From: an uncultured Lachnospiraceae bacterium
GTDB taxonomy: Bacteria > Bacillota > Clostridia > Lachnospirales > Lachnospiraceae
Direction of reading: 5' to 3'
DNA length: 64,000 nt
NCBI GenBank assembly: GCA_947630875.1
Contig: CANRJG010000003.1
Coordinates: 6,024-70,023 of the forward strand
In this document: positions 1-8,292 of the stretch, piece after piece
Position numbering within the stretch: the first letter of the stretch is position 1
How the letters are laid out: each line of letters starts with the position of its first letter
Notes under the pieces: model-generated
What the model saw: the letters and a program-made list of their open reading frames with translations, nothing else
Database searches by the model: none
What the model was told of the DNA's origin: nothing
Program-made: the position numbers and the translations under genes

Positions 1-86
1 ATATAACGGGGCACGGTATGATAGTTGCAATCGTATCGCTTTAGCATACTAAAGCGATAACAAGTCAAAGAAAAAAGGAGAAAAAA

Positions 87-905
87 ATGAAGAAAATTTG
101 GGCACTGCTGCTTGCTGCGATTCTGGCATTTTCTTTTGCAGGCTGCGGCACAGAGAAAGAAACGAAGCAGGATACGGACGACAACACAAAGAATGAAACC
201 GAGACCACGGAATTTAAAGTGGGATTTGACGCGGAGTACCCGCCTTACGGATATATGGACGACGACGGTTCCTATACGGGATTTGATCTGGAACTGGCCG
301 CCGCGGTCTGCGATTACTGGGACTGGGAGATCAAGTATGTGCCCATCGACTGGGATTCCAAAGACAATGAGCTTTCATCGGGTATGATCGACTGCATCTG
401 GTCTGGATTTACCATCAACGGCAGGGAAGACGACTATACATGGAGCGATCCTTATGTAGAGAACAGCCAGGTGGTGGTTGTGGCGGAAGATTCCGGCATT
501 GACGACCTGTCAGGACTGGCGGACAAAGTAGTGGCCGTACAGGCAGACAGCGCCGCCCTTTCTCTGCTGCAGGATGAAGAAGGACAGAAGGAACTGGCCG
601 ATACCTTCAAAGAGCTGAGAGAATTCGGTGATTACAATACCGCATTTGCGGAGCTGCTGGCAGGTACGGTGGACGCGGTTGCCATGGATATTGGCGTCGC
701 CAAGTATCAGCTGCAGTCCCGGGGCGAAGGCTACAAGATGCTGGATGAATATCTGAACGAGGAACAGTACGGCATCGGTTTCAGAAAGGGTGATACCGAA
801 CTTCGGGATTCCGTACAGGAAGCCATCGATTCGCTGAAGAAGGACGGAACCTTTGATCAGCTGGCAGAGAAATACGATATCGCTGATCTGGTCATTTCTG
901 AATAA
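87..905 (+). CDS. amino-acid ABC transporter substrate-binding lipoprotein
   Basis: 272-aa ORF preceded by an AAGGAG RBS. N-terminal lipoprotein signal (LLAAILAFSFAGC). Polar-amino-acid binding-protein style sequence. Permease and ATPase genes follow directly. Confidence 0.85.
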   Translation: MKKIWALLLAAILAFSFAGCGTEKETKQDTDDNTKNETETTEFKVGFDAEYPPYGYMDDDGSYTGFDLELAAAVCDYWDWEIKYVPIDWDSKDNELSSGMIDCIWSGFTINGREDDYTWSDPYVENSQVVVVAEDSGIDDLSGLADKVVAVQADSAALSLLQDEEGQKELADTFKELREFGDYNTAFAELLAGTVDAVAMDIGVAKYQLQSRGEGYKMLDEYLNEEQYGIGFRKGDTELRDSVQEAIDSLKKDGTFDQLAEKYDIADLVISE

Positions 906-936
906 GCGGCTGCTGCGCAAGCGGCCTTAAACCATG

Positions 937-995
937 AGGGCGTCTCCCGCATCGGGCAACAGTGCCCCGGGAGGCGCCCTTCTTTCTATTTTTTC
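937..995 (+). terminator. hairpin plus T-run between binding-protein and permease genes (possible partial terminator or attenuator)
   Basis: agggcgtctccc (937-948) pairs with gggaggcgccct (969-980) with one G-U, followed by tctttctattttttc. Confidence 0.4.
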
Positions 996-1010
996 AGACG
1001 GGGGAATCTT

Positions 1011-1661
1011 ATGAGTTTTATGACGATGCTTCAGGTCATGGGAAACGGTATGCTTAAGTCCATCGGCATTTTTTTATGGACCCTGCTGCTGTCGCTTCCC
1101 CTGGGCCTTGTGATTGCGGTGATCCGGCAGAAAAAGCTGCCGGTGATTACGCAGATTATCAAAATATACATTTCTCTGATGCGCGGGACGCCGCTGATGC
1201 TGCAGCTGCTGGTGGTGTTTTTCGGGCCTTTTTATCTTTTTAAAATACGTTTGTCGGACGGATACCGTTTTATTGCGGTGCTGATCGCTTTTGTATTGAA
1301 TTATGCCGCGTATTTTGCGGAAATTTACCGTTCCGGCATCGAATCCATGCCCATCGGACAGTATGAGGCTGCCACCGTGCTGGGCTATTCCAAATCCCAG
1401 ACCTTTCTCAAAATCATTCTGCCCCAGGTCATTAAACGGATCTTCCCGGCGCTGACCAATGAAGTCATTACGTTGGTGAAGGACACCTCCCTGGCCTTTT
1501 CCATTGCCTATGTAGAGATGTTTACGGTGGCCAAGCAGATCGCCGCGAAGGAAACTACCATGCTGCCCTTTGTGATTGCCGGGGTTTTTTATTATGTATT
1601 TAATTTTCTGGTGGCATTCTTAAGTGAATGGATCGAAAAGAAAATGAATTACTACAGGTAG
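1011..1661 (+). CDS. amino-acid ABC transporter permease
   Basis: 216-aa polytopic membrane ORF with a GGGGGA RBS. Polar amino-acid permease style (RGTPLMLQLLVVFF, EAATVLG...Q.F..I.LPQ). Confidence 0.85.
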   Translation: MSFMTMLQVMGNGMLKSIGIFLWTLLLSLPLGLVIAVIRQKKLPVITQIIKIYISLMRGTPLMLQLLVVFFGPFYLFKIRLSDGYRFIAVLIAFVLNYAAYFAEIYRSGIESMPIGQYEAATVLGYSKSQTFLKIILPQVIKRIFPALTNEVITLVKDTSLAFSIAYVEMFTVAKQIAAKETTMLPFVIAGVFYYVFNFLVAFLSEWIEKKMNYYR

Positions 1662-1670
1662 GGGTAAGAG

Positions 1671-2432
1671 ATGAATATTCTGAACATAGAACATATTTCA
1701 AAATCATTTGACGATCTGTGCGTGCTGAAAGACATTTCCTTTTCGGTCAGCGAAGGGGAAATCGTATCCATTATCGGGCCCAGCGGCTCGGGAAAATCCA
1801 CGCTGCTTCGCTGCGCGACGATGCTGGAACATGTGGATAAAGGCACAATTGCTTATATGGGACAGGAAATGTGCAGTATGGATGGCGGCGGAAAGCCGGT
1901 GTATGTCCGGGGCAGAGAAGAGAAGGAAATCCGGTCCAGATTCGGACTGGTATTTCAGAATTTCAATCTGTTTCCCCATTTTTCCGTGCTGAAAAATATT
2001 ATGGATGCGCCGGTGAAGGTGCAGAAGCGAAGCCCGGAAGAGGTCAGAAAACAGGCGTATGAATTGTTGGAAAAGATGGGCCTGAAAGATAAGGCGGACG
2101 CCTATCCCTGTCAGCTTTCCGGCGGACAGCAGCAGCGGGTTTCCATTGCCAGAGCTCTGGCAATGCAGCCGAAAATTCTGTTCTTTGACGAACCCACCAG
2201 CGCGCTGGATCCGGAGCTGACCATTGAGATTCTGAAGGTCATCCGTCAGCTGGCGGCCGAAAAAATGACCATGGTGATCGTAACCCATGAGATGAATTTT
2301 GCAAAAGAAGTTTCCCATAAAATGATTTTCATGGACAAAGGTGTGATTGTAGAGGAAACCACGCCGGAGGAACTGTTCCGTTCGGACAACGAAAGAACGA
2401 AGCGGTTTTTAGGACAGTATGCGCTGCGCTGA
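1671..2432 (+). CDS. amino-acid ABC transporter ATP-binding protein
   Basis: Walker [10 protein letters not shown], signature LSGGQQQRV, Walker [13 protein letters not shown]. Confidence 0.9.
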   Translation: MNILNIEHISKSFDDLCVLKDISFSVSEGEIVSIIGPSGSGKSTLLRCATMLEHVDKGTIAYMGQEMCSMDGGGKPVYVRGREEKEIRSRFGLVFQNFNLFPHFSVLKNIMDAPVKVQKRSPEEVRKQAYELLEKMGLKDKADAYPCQLSGGQQQRVSIARALAMQPKILFFDEPTSALDPELTIEILKVIRQLAAEKMTMVIVTHEMNFAKEVSHKMIFMDKGVIVEETTPEELFRSDNERTKRFLGQYALR

Positions 2433-2462
2433 AATCTTTAAAAGCAGCAGGAGGACGGCAGA

Positions 2463-3713
2463 ATGAAGAAATTCGAATGGAAATCAGAAGAGGGTGAAGG
2501 CATCGATACCCGCTACATTGACGTGCTGGACGGTGTCCGCGCCATTGCCGTTATATTTGTGCTGATCTTTCATTTTTGGCAGCAGACCTGGATTACGCCG
2601 GGAATCAGGATTCCGTTCCTGAAGTTTCTGGGACTGGACAATTTCAGTGCCTACCATATAATTAACGCAGGCTACGAGCTGGTGGATCTGATGATTTTCC
2701 TCAGCGGATTCTGCCTGTTTCTGCCCTATGCCAGTGCAATGATACAGGGAGGAAAAACAGACAGCATCCGCACTTTTTACAAAAAGCGGATGGCCCGGAT
2801 CCTCCCGTCCTATTATTTTTGCGTACTGGTCTTTTTTATTTACAATCTGGCGGCGGGGACATACACCGATACGGCCTATATGCTGAAAGATCTGTTTACC
2901 CATCTGACCTTTACCCAGATGTTTTTCTTTGATACCTATATTTCCACAAAGCTGAATGTGGTGCTCTGGACCATCTGTATTGAGGTCTGGTTCTATATTC
3001 TGTTTCCGTTTCTGGCAAGAGCTTTTCAGAAAAAACCGGTGCTTACTTACGGCGGCATGACGCTGGTTTCCCTGGGGTATATTCAGTTTTACGCGCTGGC
3101 GCATACCGATAATATGCGGATGCTGGTCAATTCTTTCCCCAGTTTTCTCTGTGTATTTGCCAACGGTATGATGGGCGCTTTGATCGTCGTGGCGCTGTCC
3201 AGACGGCTCAAAAGGGAAAAATACACCGGCCTGTTTTTTACCGGTCTGTGTATATTAAGTATGGCCTTTATTTACTGGCTGCTGCAGTATCAGCTGGGAG
3301 CGCTTGCAGTTTCGGACGCCCAGGTATGGCAGATCAAATACCGCTGGATGGTATCTTTCGTATACGCCGTATTTGTGATTTCTCTGATCTTTTCCTGCCG
3401 GGGACTGCGCTGTATTTTTGCCAACCGGCTGATGCGTTTTCTGGCGGGAATTTCCATGAATCTGTATATCTGGCATCAGCAGATTGCCGTATATCTCAAG
3501 CAGTGGCGCGTGCCGTACTGGGAAGGCGATACGCCGCCGAATCAGCTGGGCGATACGGCGTGGCAGTGGAAATATGCGGTTTTGATTACGGTGGTTTCTT
3601 TTGCTGTGGCAATTCTGACCACTTATCTGATTGAAAAGCCCTGTGCAAACCTGATTTTGAAGAAGAACGGCAGGAAAAGACCCTGCCTTTCCACGGAGGA
3701 TAAGAAAGAATGA
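2463..3713 (+). CDS. acyltransferase family 3 membrane protein
   Basis: 416-aa polytopic ORF. N-terminal DGVRAIAVIFVLIFHFW motif typical of acyltransferase_3 proteins. AGGAGG RBS. Confidence 0.7.
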   Translation: MKKFEWKSEEGEGIDTRYIDVLDGVRAIAVIFVLIFHFWQQTWITPGIRIPFLKFLGLDNFSAYHIINAGYELVDLMIFLSGFCLFLPYASAMIQGGKTDSIRTFYKKRMARILPSYYFCVLVFFIYNLAAGTYTDTAYMLKDLFTHLTFTQMFFFDTYISTKLNVVLWTICIEVWFYILFPFLARAFQKKPVLTYGGMTLVSLGYIQFYALAHTDNMRMLVNSFPSFLCVFANGMMGALIVVALSRRLKREKYTGLFFTGLCILSMAFIYWLLQYQLGALAVSDAQVWQIKYRWMVSFVYAVFVISLIFSCRGLRCIFANRLMRFLAGISMNLYIWHQQIAVYLKQWRVPYWEGDTPPNQLGDTAWQWKYAVLITVVSFAVAILTTYLIEKPCANLILKKNGRKRPCLSTEDKKE

Positions 3714-4768
3714 AAAAAGTAACGGTTCATGCTTCTTTAGAATATGACTGTCTGATCGGAAGCGGTCTGCTGGCAGAATGCGGACCGCGCTTTCAGGCGT
3801 TTGGAGGTTCGGATAAGATCATGCTGGTGACGGACGACAAAGTGGCGTCCTATTATCTGGAACCCTGCGAAAAAAATCTCCGGCAGGCCGGATTCCGCGT
3901 GTTTTCCTTTGTAATTGAAAACGGAGAAAAGTCCAAAAACAGCGATTCCTATCTGAGGCTCTTAAATACACTGGCGGAGCATCATTTTACCAGAACGGAC
4001 AGTATCGCGGCGCTGGGCGGCGGTGTGACAGGGGATTTAAGCGGTTTTGCCGCCGCAACATATCTGCGGGGCATCCATTATTTTCAGATACCCACCTCTT
4101 TGCTTGCTATGGTGGATTCTTCAGTGGGGGGAAAGACCGCCATTGACCTGCCGGCGGGTAAAAATCTGGCAGGCGCCTTTTATCAGCCTTCGCTGGTGCT
4201 TTGCGATACGGATACCTTAGATACACTGGAAGATCAGATTTTCCGGGAAGGCTGCGCCGAGGTTATCAAATATGCGGTGATTGCGGATGAAGCGCTGTTT
4301 GCTTCCCTGGAAAAGACGGGGGTTAATTTTGACCGGGAATCTGTCATTGCCAGATGCATTGAAATGAAAAAGGACGTTGTGGAGAACGATGAATTTGACA
4401 CCGGCAAACGGCAGCTGCTGAATTTCGGCCATACCATCGGACACGCGGTGGAACGCTGTTCAGGCCTTTCCATCCGTCACGGACAGGCGGTGGCCATCGG
4501 TATGGCGCTGATGGCAAAGACCCTGCTGCCGGCGGCAGAAGCGGGCAGACTTATCGCTCTGCTTGAAAAATTCCAATTGCCGGTCAGCTGCGATTATTCT
4601 GCGGAGGAGATCTTTGATGCCATCCGCTCAGATAAAAAACGAAAAGGGGACAGTCTGACCCTGGTGGTGCCGGAGCGAATCGGGAGCTGCGTGCTGCAGC
4701 AGATGCCGCTGGAAGACTTAAAAAGCCTTTGTGCTCAGGCGTTAAGCGGCGGCCATTTGGAAAAATAG
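3710..4768 (+). CDS. aroB: 3-dehydroquinate synthase
   Basis: GGGVTGDLSGFAAATYLRG, DSSVGGKTAIDLP.GKNL.GAFYQP and NFGHTIGHAVE motifs. ATGA overlap with the upstream gene. Confidence 0.85.
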   Translation: MKKVTVHASLEYDCLIGSGLLAECGPRFQAFGGSDKIMLVTDDKVASYYLEPCEKNLRQAGFRVFSFVIENGEKSKNSDSYLRLLNTLAEHHFTRTDSIAALGGGVTGDLSGFAAATYLRGIHYFQIPTSLLAMVDSSVGGKTAIDLPAGKNLAGAFYQPSLVLCDTDTLDTLEDQIFREGCAEVIKYAVIADEALFASLEKTGVNFDRESVIARCIEMKKDVVENDEFDTGKRQLLNFGHTIGHAVERCSGLSIRHGQAVAIGMALMAKTLLPAAEAGRLIALLEKFQLPVSCDYSAEEIFDAIRSDKKRKGDSLTLVVPERIGSCVLQQMPLEDLKSLCAQALSGGHLEK

Positions 4769-4803
4769 ATAAAAAACAACTGATAATGTATACAAAAGTG
4801 CCA

Positions 4804-4832
4804 TTGTTTTTGTCCGCATTTTTTAGTAAAAT
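4804..4832 (+). promoter_or_regulatory. putative sigma-A type promoter for the EF-G paralog
   Basis: TTGTTT (4804-4809), 17-nt spacer, TAAAAT (4827-4832). Confidence 0.3.
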
Positions 4833-4865
4833 GCTTAATAGAATTTTATGGACGGAGGCAGTACT

Positions 4866-6947
4866 ATGAACAATTATTCCAGCGAGAAGATTCGCAACAT
4901 CGTGTTGTTGGGACACGGCGGCTGTGGCAAGACCAGCCTTGTGGAAGCCATGGCAAAACAGGCAGGGTTGATTTCACGTATTGGTAAAGTAACTGACGGC
5001 AATACCATCAGTGATTACGATAAAGAAGAAATTAAAAGAAAATTTTCAATTAATTCCACGATCATTCCCATCGAATGGAACGGCTGCAAGATCAATGTGA
5101 TCGACAGCCCGGGATACTTTGACTTTGTGGGTCAGGTGGAAGAGGCCATTCGTGTGGCCGACGCCGCCATTATCGTTATCAACGGCAAGGCGGGCATCGA
5201 AGTCGGTACGGAAAAAGCGTGGGAGATTTGTGAGAAGTTTAATAAACCCCGTATGTTTTTCGTTACAGCCATGGATACGGACCACGCGTCCTATGTGAAG
5301 CCGGTGGCGGCGTTGAAAGACCTGTACGGCAGCCGCATCGCGCCTTTCCATCTGCCGATTCGTGAAAATGAAAAACTCACCGGATATGTGAATATCATCA
5401 AAAATGCCGGGCGTAAGTTTACGGCAGGCGGCGGACACGTAGAGTGCGAGATTCCCGATTCCGTCAAGGCCGATCTGGAATCTGCCAGAGAGACGCTGAT
5501 GGAAGCGGTGGCGGAGACCAGTGAGGAGTTTATGGATCGTTTCTTTGAGGGCGATGCGTTTACGCCGGAAGAAATCGACGGCGCGGTTCGCGGTGCGATT
5601 CTCGACGGCAGCATGGTTCCCGTGACTATGGGATCTTCCTTTGAATTCCAGGGCATTGAAAATCTTCTGAACGATATCATTGCGTATCTGCCCAATCCGA
5701 CGATGCGCAAAGAGAGCGGCGTCAATATCAAAACAGGAGAGCCTTTTGAGGCGAACTTTGACGCATCCAGGCCTTTCAGCGCCTATATTTACAAGACGAT
5801 CAACGATCCTTTCCTCGGAAAGTATTCCATGATCAAGATTCGTTCCGGCGTACTGAAGAGCAATGCCACGATTTACAATTCCAGAACGGAATCCGAAGAA
5901 AAGCTCAGCAAGCTGTATATCCTGCGGGGCAATAAGCCCATCGAGGTATCGGAACTGACGGCCGGAGATATCGGCGCGCTGACCAAGGTGCCCAATTTAA
6001 AGACCGGCGATACGCTTTCCACGAAGGGAAATCCGATACGTTATGAGCCCACGGAGGTTTCAAAGCCTTATACTTATAAGCGGTACGAAGCGGTCAACAA
6101 GGGCGATGTGGACAAGATTGCCCAGTCCCTTTCCAAGATGATGCAGGAAGACCAGACGCTGAAAGTCGTACACGACGCGGACAACCGTCAGACCCTGCTG
6201 TACGGTATCGGCGACCAGCATCTGGACGTGGTGGTTTCCAAACTGAAAGACGTTTACAAAGTTGCGGTGACGCTGGCAGAACCCAAGGTTGCCTTCCGTG
6301 AGACCATCCGCAAGAAATCCGATGTGGAATACAAGTACAAAAAACAGTCCGGCGGTCACGGACAGTACGGACATGTTAAGATGAGATATGAGCCGCTGGG
6401 CGACACCGATAAAGCCTATGAGTTTGAGCAGGTTGTGGTTGGCGGAACGGTTCCGAAAAACTACTTCCCCGCTGTGGAGAAGGGTATTCAGGAATCCGTA
6501 GTCAGTGGACCCCTGGCCGGGTATCCGGTGGTTGGCGTGAAAGCGATTCTCTACGATGGATCCTACCATCCGGTAGATTCTTCGGAAATGGCTTTCAAGA
6601 CCGCTTCTTCCCAGGCCTTCAAGAAAGGTTTTATGGAAGCTTCGCCGGTACTTCTGGAGCCTATTGCTTCTCTGAAAGTGGTGGTACCCGATTCCTTTAC
6701 GGGAGACGTCATGGGCGATCTGAACAAGAGAAGAGGCCGTGTGTTGGGCATGAATCCCTGCGGTAAGGGAAAGACCTGTGTGGAAGCCGATATTCCGATG
6801 CTGGAGCTGTTTGGCTACAATACGGATCTTCGTTCCATGACGGGCGGCAGAGGCGATTACTCCTATGAATTTGCCCGCTATGAGCAGGCGCCTGCGGATA
6901 TTCAGGAAAAACAGATTGCGGCAAGAGCTGCGGAAAAAGAAGACTGA
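4866..6947 (+). CDS. elongation factor G paralog (EF-G2-like translational GTPase)
   Basis: 693 aa from the ATG after a GGAGG RBS. G-domain motifs GHGGCGKT, DSPGYFDF and the EF-G domain order are visible. It is not next to rpsL/rpsG/tuf. Confidence 0.8.
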   Translation: MNNYSSEKIRNIVLLGHGGCGKTSLVEAMAKQAGLISRIGKVTDGNTISDYDKEEIKRKFSINSTIIPIEWNGCKINVIDSPGYFDFVGQVEEAIRVADAAIIVINGKAGIEVGTEKAWEICEKFNKPRMFFVTAMDTDHASYVKPVAALKDLYGSRIAPFHLPIRENEKLTGYVNIIKNAGRKFTAGGGHVECEIPDSVKADLESARETLMEAVAETSEEFMDRFFEGDAFTPEEIDGAVRGAILDGSMVPVTMGSSFEFQGIENLLNDIIAYLPNPTMRKESGVNIKTGEPFEANFDASRPFSAYIYKTINDPFLGKYSMIKIRSGVLKSNATIYNSRTESEEKLSKLYILRGNKPIEVSELTAGDIGALTKVPNLKTGDTLSTKGNPIRYEPTEVSKPYTYKRYEAVNKGDVDKIAQSLSKMMQEDQTLKVVHDADNRQTLLYGIGDQHLDVVVSKLKDVYKVAVTLAEPKVAFRETIRKKSDVEYKYKKQSGGHGQYGHVKMRYEPLGDTDKAYEFEQVVVGGTVPKNYFPAVEKGIQESVVSGPLAGYPVVGVKAILYDGSYHPVDSSEMAFKTASSQAFKKGFMEASPVLLEPIASLKVVVPDSFTGDVMGDLNKRRGRVLGMNPCGKGKTCVEADIPMLELFGYNTDLRSMTGGRGDYSYEFARYEQAPADIQEKQIAARAAEKED

Positions 6948-7013
6948 TCCTTTCAGGGGACAGGAATATAGATGGGGCAGCGGCTGTCGGCGGAGGATAC
7001 GTCCGACAGCGCA

Positions 7014-7064
7014 AAAAGAGAACGCCGAATGAGATCCGGGATTTCATTCGGCGTTCTCTTTTAT
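7014..7064 (+). terminator. intrinsic terminator after the EF-G paralog
   Basis: Perfect 19-bp stem: aaaagagaacgccgaatga (7014-7032) with tcattcggcgttctctttt (7044-7062). The U-run is part of the 3' arm. Confidence 0.7.
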
Positions 7065-7072
7065 CTTCAGGA

Positions 7073-7150
7073 GGAAGGCTTTGCGAAGCAAACTTTAAAT
7101 GCCTTCCGACGACTTGGCAGGTGCGCTCCCCGAGCGCGCGTGCCGTTACC
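7073..7150 (+). repeat. two-hairpin intergenic repeat element, copy 1
   Basis: ggaaggc...gccttcc hairpin followed by ggcaggtgcgctc-ccc-gagcgcgcgtgcc and gttacc. About 85 nt aligns to the reverse complement of 61477-61560. The second hairpin also aligns to 48082-48117. Confidence 0.75.
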
Positions 7151-7585
7151 TTAGGACGTCTGTGACATGTAGTTTTCAAAAAGACTGCGCTGCTCCGGCG
7201 TCAGCATATTTTTCAGCTGACTGACGGGATCGCCGGAGGCGTCCATGCCGGACATGGCCTGGCTGTATGTATTGTACAGATTGTACATGTTGATGAAGTT
7301 CAGCATGGAATCGATGGTTTCCTGGTCCCGTTTCGGACAGAAGCGTTTGATATCCGAAAGCATTTCCAGGGTGGAAAGACTTCTCTTTTCCGTAGAACAG
7401 GCATGCAGCGGACCTTCTGATTCCTGAAACAGCAGAAAGGTATTGTGCAGTTCCTGCAGCTTGACCAGCAGGGAAATCAGTTTCTGGCCGGCGGGCTGCA
7501 TGTAGGGCAGCGCCGCTTTTAAAAGCTGGTGATGCTCGTTTTGGATCATTCCGTCAAATTCGGTAAGGATGGGTTCGTCATTCAT
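7151..7585 (-). CDS. hypothetical protein (144 aa, no family recognised)
   Basis: ORF with an AGAGG RBS 6 nt before the second in-frame ATG (MNDEPIL...). Helical-looking, no signal peptide. Confidence 0.55.
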   Translation of the reverse strand: MNDEPILTEFDGMIQNEHHQLLKAALPYMQPAGQKLISLLVKLQELHNTFLLFQESEGPLHACSTEKRSLSTLEMLSDIKRFCPKRDQETIDSMLNFINMYNLYNTYSQAMSGMDASGDPVSQLKNMLTPEQRSLFENYMSQTS

Positions 7586-7698
7586 ATGAAACCTCTTTTT
7601 GTTTATCATAAAAAGTATATGTTTCCCTTTCGTTTTTTATGACAGAATATGGTTTCAGACATATATTTATTTTGTAGGATAAAAAGGAGATTGGGGAA

Positions 7699-7854
7699 AT
7701 GAAGTACAGACTTGTGGTAGACGGAAACGCGGTCTATGAGATCGACGAAGAATGTATCCGTCAAAAAGAGGAAGAAGAACGAAAAAAAACATATGAAGCA
7801 AACCGCCGGGACGTTCCGGTAAGGCACAGACGCCGCCGTCCTTTTCCAATGTAG
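7699..7854 (+). CDS. small hypothetical protein (51 aa, basic C-terminal tail)
   Basis: Absent from the supplied ORF track, presumably because it is under 60 aa. AAGGAGA RBS about 8 nt upstream of the ATG. MKYRLVVDGNAVYEIDEECIRQKEEEERKK...RHRRRRPFPM. Followed by a hairpin terminator. Confidence 0.45.
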   Translation: MKYRLVVDGNAVYEIDEECIRQKEEEERKKTYEANRRDVPVRHRRRRPFPM

Positions 7855-7861
7855 GCAGATG

Positions 7862-7902
7862 GCAAAAAGAAAGCCGGGGAAAATCTTCCCGGCTTCCTTT
7901 TT
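7862..7902. terminator. bidirectional terminator between convergent small genes
   Basis: aagccggg (7871-7878) pairs with cccggctt (7888-7895). Flanked by an A-run upstream and a T-run downstream. Confidence 0.55.
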
Positions 7903-7911
7903 ACGGTTCCT

Positions 7912-8124
7912 TTAGCAAATGGAATTTCCGCCGCATCCGCCGCAGAACAGCAGAAGGAGGATGATCAGGCAGCAGTTGTTATCGCCGCAGCCGCTGTTTC
8001 CCAATAAACCGGAATCGTTGTTATTGCAAAGGCAGAGCAATAACAGAATCCAGATAATGGAATTGCATCCATTGTTTGATTCGCCACAGGTACATCCGCA
8101 ATTTGTTGCTGCTAAGTCACTCAT
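7912..8124 (-). CDS. Cys/Asn/Gly-rich tiny protein with two hydrophobic segments (70 aa, 12 Cys)
   Basis: GGAGGA RBS before the second ATG (MSDLAATNCGCTCGE...). Two modules of a Cys-rich patch plus a hydrophobic run (IIWILLLLCLC and CLIILLLLFC). The composition resembles tiny TM sporulation proteins of the YjcZ type (inference only). Confidence 0.6.
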   Translation of the reverse strand: MSDLAATNCGCTCGESNNGCNSIIWILLLLCLCNNNDSGLLGNSGCGDNNCCLIILLLLFCGGCGGNSIC

Positions 8125-8292
8125 TTTTTGTTCCTCCATAAGGATATGTTTACAGTGATATCATATGTGGGTGGGAAGAAATGGTGACAAAAAATCGTTT
8201 TTAAATCCGGGGAGCTGCGAAGCAGCGTAACAATCCGTAATCGCTTTTGACGTCCGAATCATAAAATAAGAAAAAAGGGATTTTCTGGCAGA

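Noticed and set aside
34-59. Perfect 11-bp hairpin tatcgctttag-cata-ctaaagcgata at the window edge
   Set aside because: No U-run follows on either strand, and the upstream context is cut off by the window. I cannot tell whether it is a terminator, a riboswitch expression platform or nothing.
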